Origin: Candidatus Latescibacterota bacterium
GTDB lineage: Bacteria; Latescibacterota; UBA2968; UBA8231
DNA: 64,000 nucleotides
Direction of reading: 5' to 3'
Assembly: GCA_963422735.1 (NCBI GenBank)
Contig: OY730476.1
Coordinates: 3,616,001-3,680,000 of the forward strand
The translations under genes and the position numbers were made by a program. The notes beneath the pieces were generated by a model. The model saw only the letters and a list, made by a program, of their open reading frames with translations. It did no database searches and had not been told where the DNA came from. Shown piece after piece: positions 9,695 to 22,492 of the stretch; the first letter of the stretch is position 1; every line of letters starts with the position of its first letter.

Positions 9695-12079
9695 ATGAGA
9701 AATTTCCGCACTATACTTTTTGCAGTCGTCTCTGTGGGGTTGATGGGGAGCGCGGTCGAGGCCCAGAAGGTTGTCTCGATTGAGGTGCAGGGCGAGCTGC
9801 GCAAGGTGGCCAAGTCGCTGATACTGACTACGGTAGGTTTGGAGCCTGGAGTTGAGTTGTCGCAAGAGAACGTGCAGCAGGCGGTGCGCGATCTCCAAGG
9901 GCTCAACGTCTTTGAGGATATCCAGATATGGGGCGATCCCGTCCCCGAGGGAATCAACCTGATCATCATGGTTGAAGAATACCCAGCCTTAGAGGGTTTG
10001 CAGTTCAAGGGGCAGAAAAACCTCAAAGAAAAGGATTTCAAAGAAGCGCTGAGTTTGATCACCGGTCAGGTTATCGCGCCGAGGGATGTGGTGCGGGGCG
10101 AGCAGAAAATCCTCGACCTCTATCGCGAGAAAGGCTATCTGCGCGCTGAGGTCAAGGGCCAGACCTTTGCCGGCGTGGAAGAGGGCGAGGTATTCCTCCA
10201 ATACGACATCAACGAGGGATCCAAGGTGCAGATCAAGCAAATCCGCTTGGTCCAGCACCGCACCGACGGCACGGTGATCGACAGTCGAGAGCTACCGGCG
10301 CGCAGTCCGCGGCGTCCGCAAAAATGGGATAGTCAAGGCCCGGAGCCGCGTCGGTTGGTGTCGTTGATGGAGACCAAGGAGAAGCGCTGGTGGCGCAAGG
10401 GCGAATTCAACGGCGATACGTACGAGGAGGACAAGCAGAAGCTGCTGGCGTACTATCGCAGCTTGGGCTTTCAGCAGGCAGCCATAGTGCGCGATAGCGT
10501 CTATTACGACTCGACGCGGCGGCACTTGTTCATCGATGTGGAAATCGACGAGGGGCTACAGTACCGGTTGGGCCAAGTCGCTTGGGAGGGCAACGCGATC
10601 TTCGGTACCGACGAGTTGGTGGGGAAGCTGGAGTTGCAGGAGGGGATGGTATATAGGCGTTCGGGGCCAGAGCTAGCCGATTTGGCGCGCTTTGTCTATT
10701 ACGAGAAGGGCTACTTGGACACGCGAGTGGTGCCGCAGGAGACGATTCGCAACGATTCGATTGACGTGTCGTTTCAGGTATTTGAAGGGCAACCGTGGAC
10801 GATTCGCAAGGTCGAGATCGCCGGCAATACCAAGACGCGGGAAAAGGTGATCCGGCGCGAGATCGAATTGCGTCCGGGCGATATTTATCAGCAGAATCTC
10901 GTCCAGGAAAGTCAGCGGCGCATAGTTCTGTTGAACTTCTTCAAAGATGTGCAAATCCAGCCCCAATATAGTTCAGGCGAGGGCGAGCGGCTGGTGGATA
11001 TGGTATTCAACGTCGATGAAAGGCCAACCGGGCAAGCGTCTATGGGGGCGGGGTATTCGGACCGCGACAAGATGGTGGGCCAGATCGGGTTGCAGATTCC
11101 CAATTTCCGCGGTATGGGCCAGAGCCTGGACTTTAACTGGGAGTTCGGCACCCGACGCGAGCAGTTCCTAGTCGGTTTTACCGAGCCTTGGCTCTTCGAT
11201 ACCCCGACTAGTTTGTCGGTGCGCGCTTATACGCAAAACATCCAGTACTACGACTACCGGCAAGCCAGCCGCAATTCGATCCTCTGGAAATCCAAGCGCA
11301 ATTCGATCAATGTGCGAGTGGGCCGGCGGTTGAAGAAGCCGGCCAACTCCAGCCTTTCGCTGGGCTATCGCCTTTACAGCCAAGGCTATTCCGACTTTGG
11401 AGAAAACGCTAGATCTACTAGCGATCGCCGTCGCTTTGAAGATCGGCTTACAAGCCGCTTTGAGTTGATTTATACGCGCGATACGCGCGACCGAGCCGAG
11501 TTCCCGACCAAGGGTACAGTTTTTAGCTACACTCCATCGGTCGCCACCTCGATCGTTGCTGGCGATGTGGACTTCCACAACCACGAAGTGAATTTCAACT
11601 ACTATCGGCCGAGTTGGTGGAAGTTCGTCTGGAGTTTGGAGACCAAAGTCGCGGTTATAGATGGTTTTTCCGACTGGGACGACAACCACATTTCGTACTA
11701 TGACCTGTTTACTCCGGGGGGTATTGATTACTGGGACGGACAGGTCCGGGGCTATCCGGATTACTCCTTGGGTCCGAGGGCCGACGGGATTTCCCTCGGC
11801 GGCCGCTCGATGATGGTGCTGAACCTAGAGTACCGCTTCCCGATAGCCGAGCAGCAAGTGTACGGCATCCTCTTCGCAGACGCGGGCAACGCTTGGAAGA
11901 CGGTTCCCGACCTCAATCCCTTGGACCTCAGGCGCTCGCTGGGCTTTGGTTTTCGCGTCCAGACGCCGATGTTGGGGATGATCGGCTTCGACTTCGGCTA
12001 TGGTTTTGACCGCAAGAAGGTCGATGGTGCGCCGGCTGGCTGGAAGACCCACTTCCAGTTCGGCCCGCAGTTTTACTAG
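9695..12079 (+). CDS. bamA: Outer membrane protein assembly factor BamA
   Basis: Signal peptide, POTRA repeats (GNTKTREKVIRRE), FTEPWLFD, VRGY, C-terminal beta signal HFQFG. Confidence 0.95.
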   Translation: MRNFRTILFAVVSVGLMGSAVEAQKVVSIEVQGELRKVAKSLILTTVGLEPGVELSQENVQQAVRDLQGLNVFEDIQIWGDPVPEGINLIIMVEEYPALEGLQFKGQKNLKEKDFKEALSLITGQVIAPRDVVRGEQKILDLYREKGYLRAEVKGQTFAGVEEGEVFLQYDINEGSKVQIKQIRLVQHRTDGTVIDSRELPARSPRRPQKWDSQGPEPRRLVSLMETKEKRWWRKGEFNGDTYEEDKQKLLAYYRSLGFQQAAIVRDSVYYDSTRRHLFIDVEIDEGLQYRLGQVAWEGNAIFGTDELVGKLELQEGMVYRRSGPELADLARFVYYEKGYLDTRVVPQETIRNDSIDVSFQVFEGQPWTIRKVEIAGNTKTREKVIRREIELRPGDIYQQNLVQESQRRIVLLNFFKDVQIQPQYSSGEGERLVDMVFNVDERPTGQASMGAGYSDRDKMVGQIGLQIPNFRGMGQSLDFNWEFGTRREQFLVGFTEPWLFDTPTSLSVRAYTQNIQYYDYRQASRNSILWKSKRNSINVRVGRRLKKPANSSLSLGYRLYSQGYSDFGENARSTSDRRRFEDRLTSRFELIYTRDTRDRAEFPTKGTVFSYTPSVATSIVAGDVDFHNHEVNFNYYRPSWWKFVWSLETKVAVIDGFSDWDDNHISYYDLFTPGGIDYWDGQVRGYPDYSLGPRADGISLGGRSMMVLNLEYRFPIAEQQVYGILFADAGNAWKTVPDLNPLDLRRSLGFGFRVQTPMLGMIGFDFGYGFDRKKVDGAPAGWKTHFQFGPQFY

Positions 12080-12247
12080 TACCTGATCGCAGGGGCAAAA
12101 GACGAAGCCCAAGGTGTCGTCTGGCATCTTGGGCCTTCTTATGTCCGCTGTTTCACAAAATTCTGCCAAGTTGTATCTTATATAACTTACTCGGGATGAG
12201 AGCAAACAGCGATTTATAGAGAGGAACGGGTCGACGAGGGATTTGCT

Positions 12248-12529
12248 ATGGCCAAACAGTTGATCTGCGTACTTCTCTTAATCGTTTTGATTTCTCTTGC
12301 CGGATGTGTCCCTGGCGACGGGAAACACACTGAAGCGAATCCCGCCGGGGTTTTCTGGGGAATCTGGCACGGTTGGATTGCTCCTATATCGCTCATCTGG
12401 GGCCTGTTTGACTCGGCCATCCGCCTCTATGAACCGCAAAACACAGGCTGGTGGTACGATGCTGGGTTTTACATTGCTGTTATAAGCGGTTTCGGGGGGC
12501 TATCCTTGAAGCGGCGCAATCGCAAATAG
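12248..12529 (+). CDS. Small predicted lipoprotein / membrane protein
   Basis: Lipobox LAGC; 'PAG.FWGIWHG.IAP.S...YE..NTGWWYD.GF' looks like a conserved small-protein family. Confidence 0.75.
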   Translation: MAKQLICVLLLIVLISLAGCVPGDGKHTEANPAGVFWGIWHGWIAPISLIWGLFDSAIRLYEPQNTGWWYDAGFYIAVISGFGGLSLKRRNRK

Positions 12530-12628
12530 CTAATTCTTGTTCCGCCGTTGCAGCGAGAGCAGCGCAGTTGAATTAAAAATGAACGCAACTTCAATTCAAT
12601 TGATTTTCGTCCATAAAGAGGAGTACGT

Positions 12629-13162
12629 ATGAGACGCGCCCTATTGTTCGCCTTCGTCGTGGCTTGTTGCGCCACGAGTGCCTCGGCTCAGTTCAAAATA
12701 GGCTATATCGATTCGGAAGTACTCAAAGAGCGCCTGCCCGAATTCCGGGATGCGCAGCGCACGTTGGACCAGCTACGTCAGGACTATGAGAACCAAGCCA
12801 AGGACCGCGAGGCCGAGTTGCTCAAGTATCAGGAGGACTTTCAGCGGCAGGAGTTGCTGATGAGCGAGGCCCGCAAGGCGGAAATGCAGGCAGAATTCGA
12901 GGCGAAAGTTCAGCGATTGCAGCAGTTTACCCAGGAGAAATTTGGTCCTGAAGGCGAACTGATGCGCAAGAATATCGAGCTTTCCGAGCCGATCTTCAAA
13001 AAGATCAACGATGCCATTCAGGGCATGGCCGAGGAAGAGGGCTACGACTTCATTTTCGACGCCGCCGCGCCTTCGAGCGGTTTGGTCTTTGCCAAAGAGC
13101 AGTACGATCTGACCGAGCAGCTACTGGAACTGATGGAGAAGGAAAAGGAAGCACAGGAGTGA
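12629..13162 (+). CDS. skp: Periplasmic chaperone Skp/OmpH
   Basis: Signal peptide, KIGYIDS, long coiled coil, 'GYDFIFD...YDLT'; SD AGAGGAG. Confidence 0.92.
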   Translation: MRRALLFAFVVACCATSASAQFKIGYIDSEVLKERLPEFRDAQRTLDQLRQDYENQAKDREAELLKYQEDFQRQELLMSEARKAEMQAEFEAKVQRLQQFTQEKFGPEGELMRKNIELSEPIFKKINDAIQGMAEEEGYDFIFDAAAPSSGLVFAKEQYDLTEQLLELMEKEKEAQE

Positions 13163-13596
13163 ATTTAACGGAGATTCTCGAGCTGCTGCCGCACCGCTAT
13201 CCGCTGCTGCTCATCGACCGCATCCTCGAATTGGTGCCTGGGGAACGCGTCGTGGCCTTGAAGAACGTGACGGCCAACGAATCGTTTTTCCAAGGGCATT
13301 TTCCCGGTTATCCGGTCATGCCCGGAGTGCTGATCGTCGAGGCACTGGCGCAAGCGGGTTGCGCGATGATGCTGCGCAGCATGGAAAATCCCGAATCCAA
13401 GGTGCCTTTTTTCGCTGGGATTGATCGCTGCAAATTTCGTCGCCCGGTAGTGCCAGGGGACCAGTTGCGGCTGGAGCTAACGGTGCTCAGGCAGCGGGGC
13501 GGGTCCTGTAAGTTGCAGGGGCGAGCACTAGTGGGGGAGGAAGTGGCGGCAGAGGCGGAGATTATGGCAGTATTGGGGGAGCGGGAAGGCCGTTGA
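13159..13596 (+). CDS. fabZ: 3-hydroxyacyl-ACP dehydratase FabZ
   Basis: LPHRYP.LLID, FFQGHFPG.PVMPGVLIVEALAQ, KFRRPVVPGD. Confidence 0.96.
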   Translation: MNLTEILELLPHRYPLLLIDRILELVPGERVVALKNVTANESFFQGHFPGYPVMPGVLIVEALAQAGCAMMLRSMENPESKVPFFAGIDRCKFRRPVVPGDQLRLELTVLRQRGGSCKLQGRALVGEEVAAEAEIMAVLGEREGR

Positions 13597-13606
13597 GGAG
13601 CATCTG

Positions 13607-14530
13607 ATGGATCGCCTTTATCACGTCCTCGAAGCGCAGCAATTCGACATAGACTTGATAGACGCCATTTTCTCTACGGCCCAAGAGATGGAGCAAGTAG
13701 TGCAGCACTACGGATCCAATATCCTCAATCGTCGGGTCATGGCGACGCTGTTCTACGAGCCTAGTACGCGTACGCGACTGTCTTTTGAATCGGCGATGAC
13801 GCGGTTGGGTGGAGCAGTCATTACAACCGAGAGCGCACAGGACTTCTCTTCGGCGGCCAAGGGGGAGACCCTCGAGGATACCATTCGCGTCGTCGCCGGA
13901 TACTCGGACGTGATCGTATTGCGCCACTACGAAAGCGGAGCCAGCAACCGAGCTGCTGCTATCGCTGGCATCCCGGTGATCAATGCTGGCGACGGGGCCG
14001 GGCAGCACCCGACTCAAGCCCTGTTGGATCTTTTTACCATCCAGCGTGAGATTGGACGCCTGAAAAAAATTACAATTGCTTTGGTGGGGGATTTGGCCAA
14101 TGGACGGACGGTACGTTCGCTGTGCTATCTGTTGGCCAAATACGAGGGCGTTAAGATGTACTTCGTCGCGCCTGAGATAGTGAGGATGAAAGACGACATA
14201 AAGGAGTACCTGCAGCGGCACCAGGTCTCTTTCGAGGAGGTGGATGACCTACATGAGGTGGCGAGGCAGGCCGATGTCGTCTATCAGACGCGCATTCAAA
14301 AGGAGCGTTTTGGCGACCGCACTGGAGAATATGAGCAGGCGCGGGGCAAGTACATTGTCGATCACTCGGTGATAGACTGTATGCAGGAGCACGCCGTTGT
14401 CATGCACCCGCTGCCGCGCGTTGACGAGATTGACCCGGAAGTGGACGCAGATCCGCGGGCGGCCTATTTTCGCCAAGCCCACAACGGGCTTTACGTGCGC
14501 ATGGCCCTTTTGCGGATGATCCTCGCTTGA
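13607..14530 (+). CDS. pyrB: Aspartate carbamoyltransferase catalytic subunit
   Basis: FYEPSTRTRLSFE, HPTQALLD, RIQKER, MHPLPR. Confidence 0.96.
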   Translation: MDRLYHVLEAQQFDIDLIDAIFSTAQEMEQVVQHYGSNILNRRVMATLFYEPSTRTRLSFESAMTRLGGAVITTESAQDFSSAAKGETLEDTIRVVAGYSDVIVLRHYESGASNRAAAIAGIPVINAGDGAGQHPTQALLDLFTIQREIGRLKKITIALVGDLANGRTVRSLCYLLAKYEGVKMYFVAPEIVRMKDDIKEYLQRHQVSFEEVDDLHEVARQADVVYQTRIQKERFGDRTGEYEQARGKYIVDHSVIDCMQEHAVVMHPLPRVDEIDPEVDADPRAAYFRQAHNGLYVRMALLRMILA

Positions 14531-14591
14531 CCTCAGTGGTACTGCCAGATATATTGCCGGCAACCGCTTCTTATTCTTAGGAGGATCACAG

Positions 14592-14708
14592 ATGGGTTCG
14601 AGTAAAGGCAGAATGAGGGATAAGGAATTGAGGAGTCGGCGACAGCGGCGCAAAAAGCGCTTGAAGCAACGCGCTCAGGAGGCTAAGCTGTCACCGCGGA
14701 AAAAGTAA
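14592..14708 (+). CDS. Small basic 38-aa protein (possibly DUF6800-like), absent from the ORF track
   Basis: AGGAGG at 14579-14584, 7 nt before ATG; MGSSKGRMRDKELRSRRQRRKKRLKQRAQEAKLSPRKK; followed by a terminator. Confidence 0.75.
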   Translation: MGSSKGRMRDKELRSRRQRRKKRLKQRAQEAKLSPRKK

Positions 14709-14743
14709 ATAGCTAAAGCTAGAGGCCACCGGCCTTGCTTGGG

Positions 14744-14774
14744 AGAGCCGACAGATAGGCTGTCGGCTCTTTTT
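14744..14774 (+). terminator. Rho-independent terminator
   Basis: AGAGCCGACAG-ATAGG-CTGTCGGCTCT perfect 11-bp stem followed by TTTT. Confidence 0.8.
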
Positions 14775-14788
14775 GTATTGGAGGAGAA

Positions 14789-15751
14789 ATGGAAAGGGCC
14801 CTGCGCGTCGCCATCGCCGGTGCTAGCGGCATCGGCAAGCATCATGCCAAGTGGTTCCACCGCGTCGGTGCGCAAGTCGTTGGCTTTTTGGGCCGCAGTC
14901 GGGAAAGTGCCGCTGCTACAGAGCGCGTTTTACGCGATATTTTTCCCTTTGCGGGCCGGATATATTGGGACTTGGAGCGGCTGCTGACCGAAGAAGTGCC
15001 CGATGTGGTCGATGTCTGTCTGCCGAACGAGGCCCATTTCGACTGTGTCAAATGTGCTCTCGAACGGGGCTGTCACGTACTCTGCGAGAAGCCCTTAGTC
15101 TGGCATTCGAATGGGGAGCAGCAGACGCAGATGCAGGCGCGGGCTTTGGTTGATTTGGCGAGGCAAACCAATCTGCACTTGGGCGTTTGTACCCAATACG
15201 CTGCCGCGCTGCCTTACTACCGGCAGCTATACGAAAAGGCCCGTGGTTCGCTTGCTATCATAGAATCCTTTTACGCGGAAATGGAGACCTTGGCCCGGGG
15301 GCGTCGCCGCTGCGCCGCGGAGGTGTGGATCGATATGGCACCCCATCCTTTAAGCATGCTCCTAGCTTGGATGCCAGACGGGGTCATTGAGCCTGATTCG
15401 CTACAAGTGGTTCTAGGGAGCGGAGAAGCGCGAGCCTGTTTCAATTTTGCCGACTCGGCGGGAAGTTGTCATTGCGAAATCATCGTCCGCGATCTGCACG
15501 CGGGTCAACCCCTGCGGCGATTCGGCGTTAATGGCTTTTTGGTCGATTGCACGGGGCGGTCTGCGCCCGACGGGACCTATTGCTCGGTGCTCAGCACCGG
15601 TGAATCAGAGCTAATCGGCGATGATTTTATGTCGCTGCTTATCGCCCAGTTTGCTGAGGCGGCCGTACAGCCCAAACTAGCTCCGCTCGTATCCGGCGAA
15701 GTCGGGTTGCACAACCTCGAACTTCAGCTACAAGTTCTGCAGAACACCTAA
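14789..15751 (+). CDS. Gfo/Idh/MocA family oxidoreductase
   Basis: GASGIG Rossmann motif, HVLCEKP, D.APH. Confidence 0.85.
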   Translation: MERALRVAIAGASGIGKHHAKWFHRVGAQVVGFLGRSRESAAATERVLRDIFPFAGRIYWDLERLLTEEVPDVVDVCLPNEAHFDCVKCALERGCHVLCEKPLVWHSNGEQQTQMQARALVDLARQTNLHLGVCTQYAAALPYYRQLYEKARGSLAIIESFYAEMETLARGRRRCAAEVWIDMAPHPLSMLLAWMPDGVIEPDSLQVVLGSGEARACFNFADSAGSCHCEIIVRDLHAGQPLRRFGVNGFLVDCTGRSAPDGTYCSVLSTGESELIGDDFMSLLIAQFAEAAVQPKLAPLVSGEVGLHNLELQLQVLQNT

Positions 15752-15847
15752 GAGTGGGTGCGGGCGCAGGTCGTAGCGGCTGAGCTTAACTACCGTCCCA
15801 ACGTACCGGATTTGACCTACTGGCCCGATAATTAAAGGAGAAGCAGA

Positions 15848-17086
15848 ATGGGAATTTCAGATCACAATATAAAGGCCCAATTTGCAGCTTTAGCCGAAAT
15901 GCTCTCAGGCCAAGGGATCGAAGTCGAAGAAGTCAAAGTCAAGCTCAAAGCCCAAGAGATCGAGACACCCTCTTGGGGTTATGGCAATTCTGGGACGCGC
16001 TTTGGCGTTTTCAAACAGCCCGGTGCCGCTCGCGACGTCCACGAGCGGCTTTCCGACGCGGCCCAGGTACATAAGATGACGGGTGTCTGTCCCGGCGTGG
16101 CTTTACACATCCCTTGGGATAAAGTAGATGACTACGACGCCCTGCGGCAAGAAGCGACGGAGTTGGGGGTGTACATTGGGGCAATCAATCCCAATGTCTT
16201 TCAAGAGCCTGAATACAAATTGGGCAGTTTCGGCCATCGGGATCCGGCCGTGCGTCGCAAGGCCCTTGATCACATGCATGAGTGCGTGGAGATTATGCAG
16301 CAGACAGGGTCTACAGTCCTGAGCCTTTGGTTTGCCGACGGTACGAACTACCCGGGCCAAGACGATATCATCGAGCGCAAGCGGCGATTTGAAGAATGTC
16401 TGAGGGAGACTCACGAAGTGCTGCCCGAAGGAAAGCGGATGCTCATTGAGTACAAATTCTTTGAGCCGGCGTTTTACCATACTGACATTGCCGACTGGGG
16501 TATGGCGCTAAATTTCGCCATTAAGGCCGGACCGAAGGCCGAAGTGCTGGTCGATCTAGGGCACCATCCCCTCTCCACCAATATTGAGCACCTAGTGGCC
16601 TTACTCCTCGACGAGGGGCGGATGGGCGGTTTTCACTTCAACAACCGCAAATACGCCGATGACGATGTGACGACCGGATCGGTCAACCTCTACGAGGTCT
16701 TCCTGATTTACCACGAGATCCTCAACGCTGAGCAGCGCGGTTCCGCAGCGGCTAATATCGCCTACATGATCGACCAAAGCCATATTATCAAGCCCAAAGT
16801 CGAGGCGATGATCCAGTCTCTACTCAATATCCAGACGGCCTATGCCCGTGCATTGCTAGTCGACCGTACGGCACTAGCTGAGGCCCAGGCGGAGGACGAC
16901 GTAGTGGCATGCGAAGAAATCTTGCGCAATGCCTATGACACTGATGTGCGCCCCTTGCTGGCTCTTGTCCGCCAAGAACTGGGGGCCGAAGCCGATCCCC
17001 TAGTTGCCTATCGCCGCAGCGGTTACTTCGAGCGCATTGCCATAGAAAGGCAGGGCGAATTGAAGGGTGCCGCTAGCTGGGGTTGA
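15848..17086 (+). CDS. rhaI: L-rhamnose isomerase (RhaI type)
   Basis: [56 protein letters not shown]. Confidence 0.88.
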   Translation: MGISDHNIKAQFAALAEMLSGQGIEVEEVKVKLKAQEIETPSWGYGNSGTRFGVFKQPGAARDVHERLSDAAQVHKMTGVCPGVALHIPWDKVDDYDALRQEATELGVYIGAINPNVFQEPEYKLGSFGHRDPAVRRKALDHMHECVEIMQQTGSTVLSLWFADGTNYPGQDDIIERKRRFEECLRETHEVLPEGKRMLIEYKFFEPAFYHTDIADWGMALNFAIKAGPKAEVLVDLGHHPLSTNIEHLVALLLDEGRMGGFHFNNRKYADDDVTTGSVNLYEVFLIYHEILNAEQRGSAAANIAYMIDQSHIIKPKVEAMIQSLLNIQTAYARALLVDRTALAEAQAEDDVVACEEILRNAYDTDVRPLLALVRQELGAEADPLVAYRRSGYFERIAIERQGELKGAASWG

Positions 17087-17139
17087 TATGGGAGTGTTGT
17101 GTCGGTTCTATCTTTTGCGTCGATATTTTGTCTTCTCTC

Positions 17140-17168
17140 TTGACAGAGGAAGAATTAGATACTATTTT
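17140..17168 (+). promoter_or_regulatory. rrn operon sigma70 promoter
   Basis: TTGACA (17140-17145), 17 nt spacer, TATTTT (17163-17168); boxA-like GATCTTTGAAAA at 17200-17211. Confidence 0.65.
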
Positions 17169-17207
17169 TCAATGTTACGCTCGATACCTGAGCGATATTG
17201 ATCTTTG

Positions 17208-17231
17208 AAAATCGAATAACGTACATGAGGG
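17208..17231 (+). other. 5' arm of the 16S processing stem (pairs with 18909-18932)
   Basis: AAAATCGAATAACGTACATGAGGG is complementary to CCCTCATGTGCGTTATTCGATTTT (24 bp, one G-U). Confidence 0.85.
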
Positions 17232-17280
17232 TCCAGCGTCGAAGAGCTTGGATTTGCAAAAAGTAGTATATCAAATCTTT

Positions 17281-18845
<1,565 letters not shown>

Positions 18846-18933
18846 GGATTATTGGGAGCTTGACTCCCGACATTATCCGCCTAGGTCAATGTTTTACTCT
18901 TTGACATGCCCTCATGTGCGTTATTCGATTTTC

Positions 18934-19010
<77 letters not shown>

Positions 19011-19021
19011 TTCAGGCTTTT

Positions 19022-19054
19022 TGCTCTTTGACAATCGAATACAGGTTCACACCA
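19022..19054 (+). promoter_or_regulatory. Spacer boxA plus 5' arm of the 23S processing stem (pairs with ~22218-22242)
   Basis: TGCTCTTTGACA boxA; ACAATCGAATACAGGTTCACACCA is complementary to TGGTGTGAGCCTGTATTCGGTTGT with G-U pairs. Confidence 0.8.
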
Positions 19055-19155
19055 ATTTAAGTAATCTAAGGTTTACCGAGTGGAAGCACGTTATGTGCTT
19101 ACTGCTCGAGACACCGTGATGCATTACCTCTAGTAGTGTTGTGACAGTGATTTTT

Positions 19156-22178
<3,023 letters not shown>

Positions 22179-22260
22179 AATTTATTGTCGCAGCAATACT
22201 GGAGTTTTGCATCGCTTTTGGTGTGAGCCTGTATTCGGTTGTTGAAGAGAATTTGATTTT

Positions 22261-22376
22261 TCCGGTGGTTATAGCGGAGGGGCAACACCTCTTCCCATTC
22301 CGAACAGAGCCGTTAAGCCCTCTTGCGCCGATGGTACTGCTGGGGTCGCCTAGTGGGAGAGTAGGACGCTGCCGGA
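22261..22376 (+). rRNA. rrf: 5S rRNA
   Basis: TCCGGTGG...CCCATTCCGAAC...CCGATGGTACT...GGGAGAGTAGGACGCTGCCGGA. Confidence 0.97.
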
Positions 22377-22384
22377 TTTTTTTG

Positions 22385-22414
22385 AAGCCCATCCCTTTAG
22401 GGGTGGGCTTTTTT
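22385..22414 (+). terminator. rrn operon terminator
   Basis: AAGCCCATCCC-TTTA-GGGGTGGGCTT followed by TTTT. Confidence 0.85.
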
Positions 22415-22492
22415 GTGTCTTATGGAAATACCTTGACAACGCCAATGTGGGCCAATTAATTAAGCACTTCTCTTAATTCAGGAGGGGTCAAA

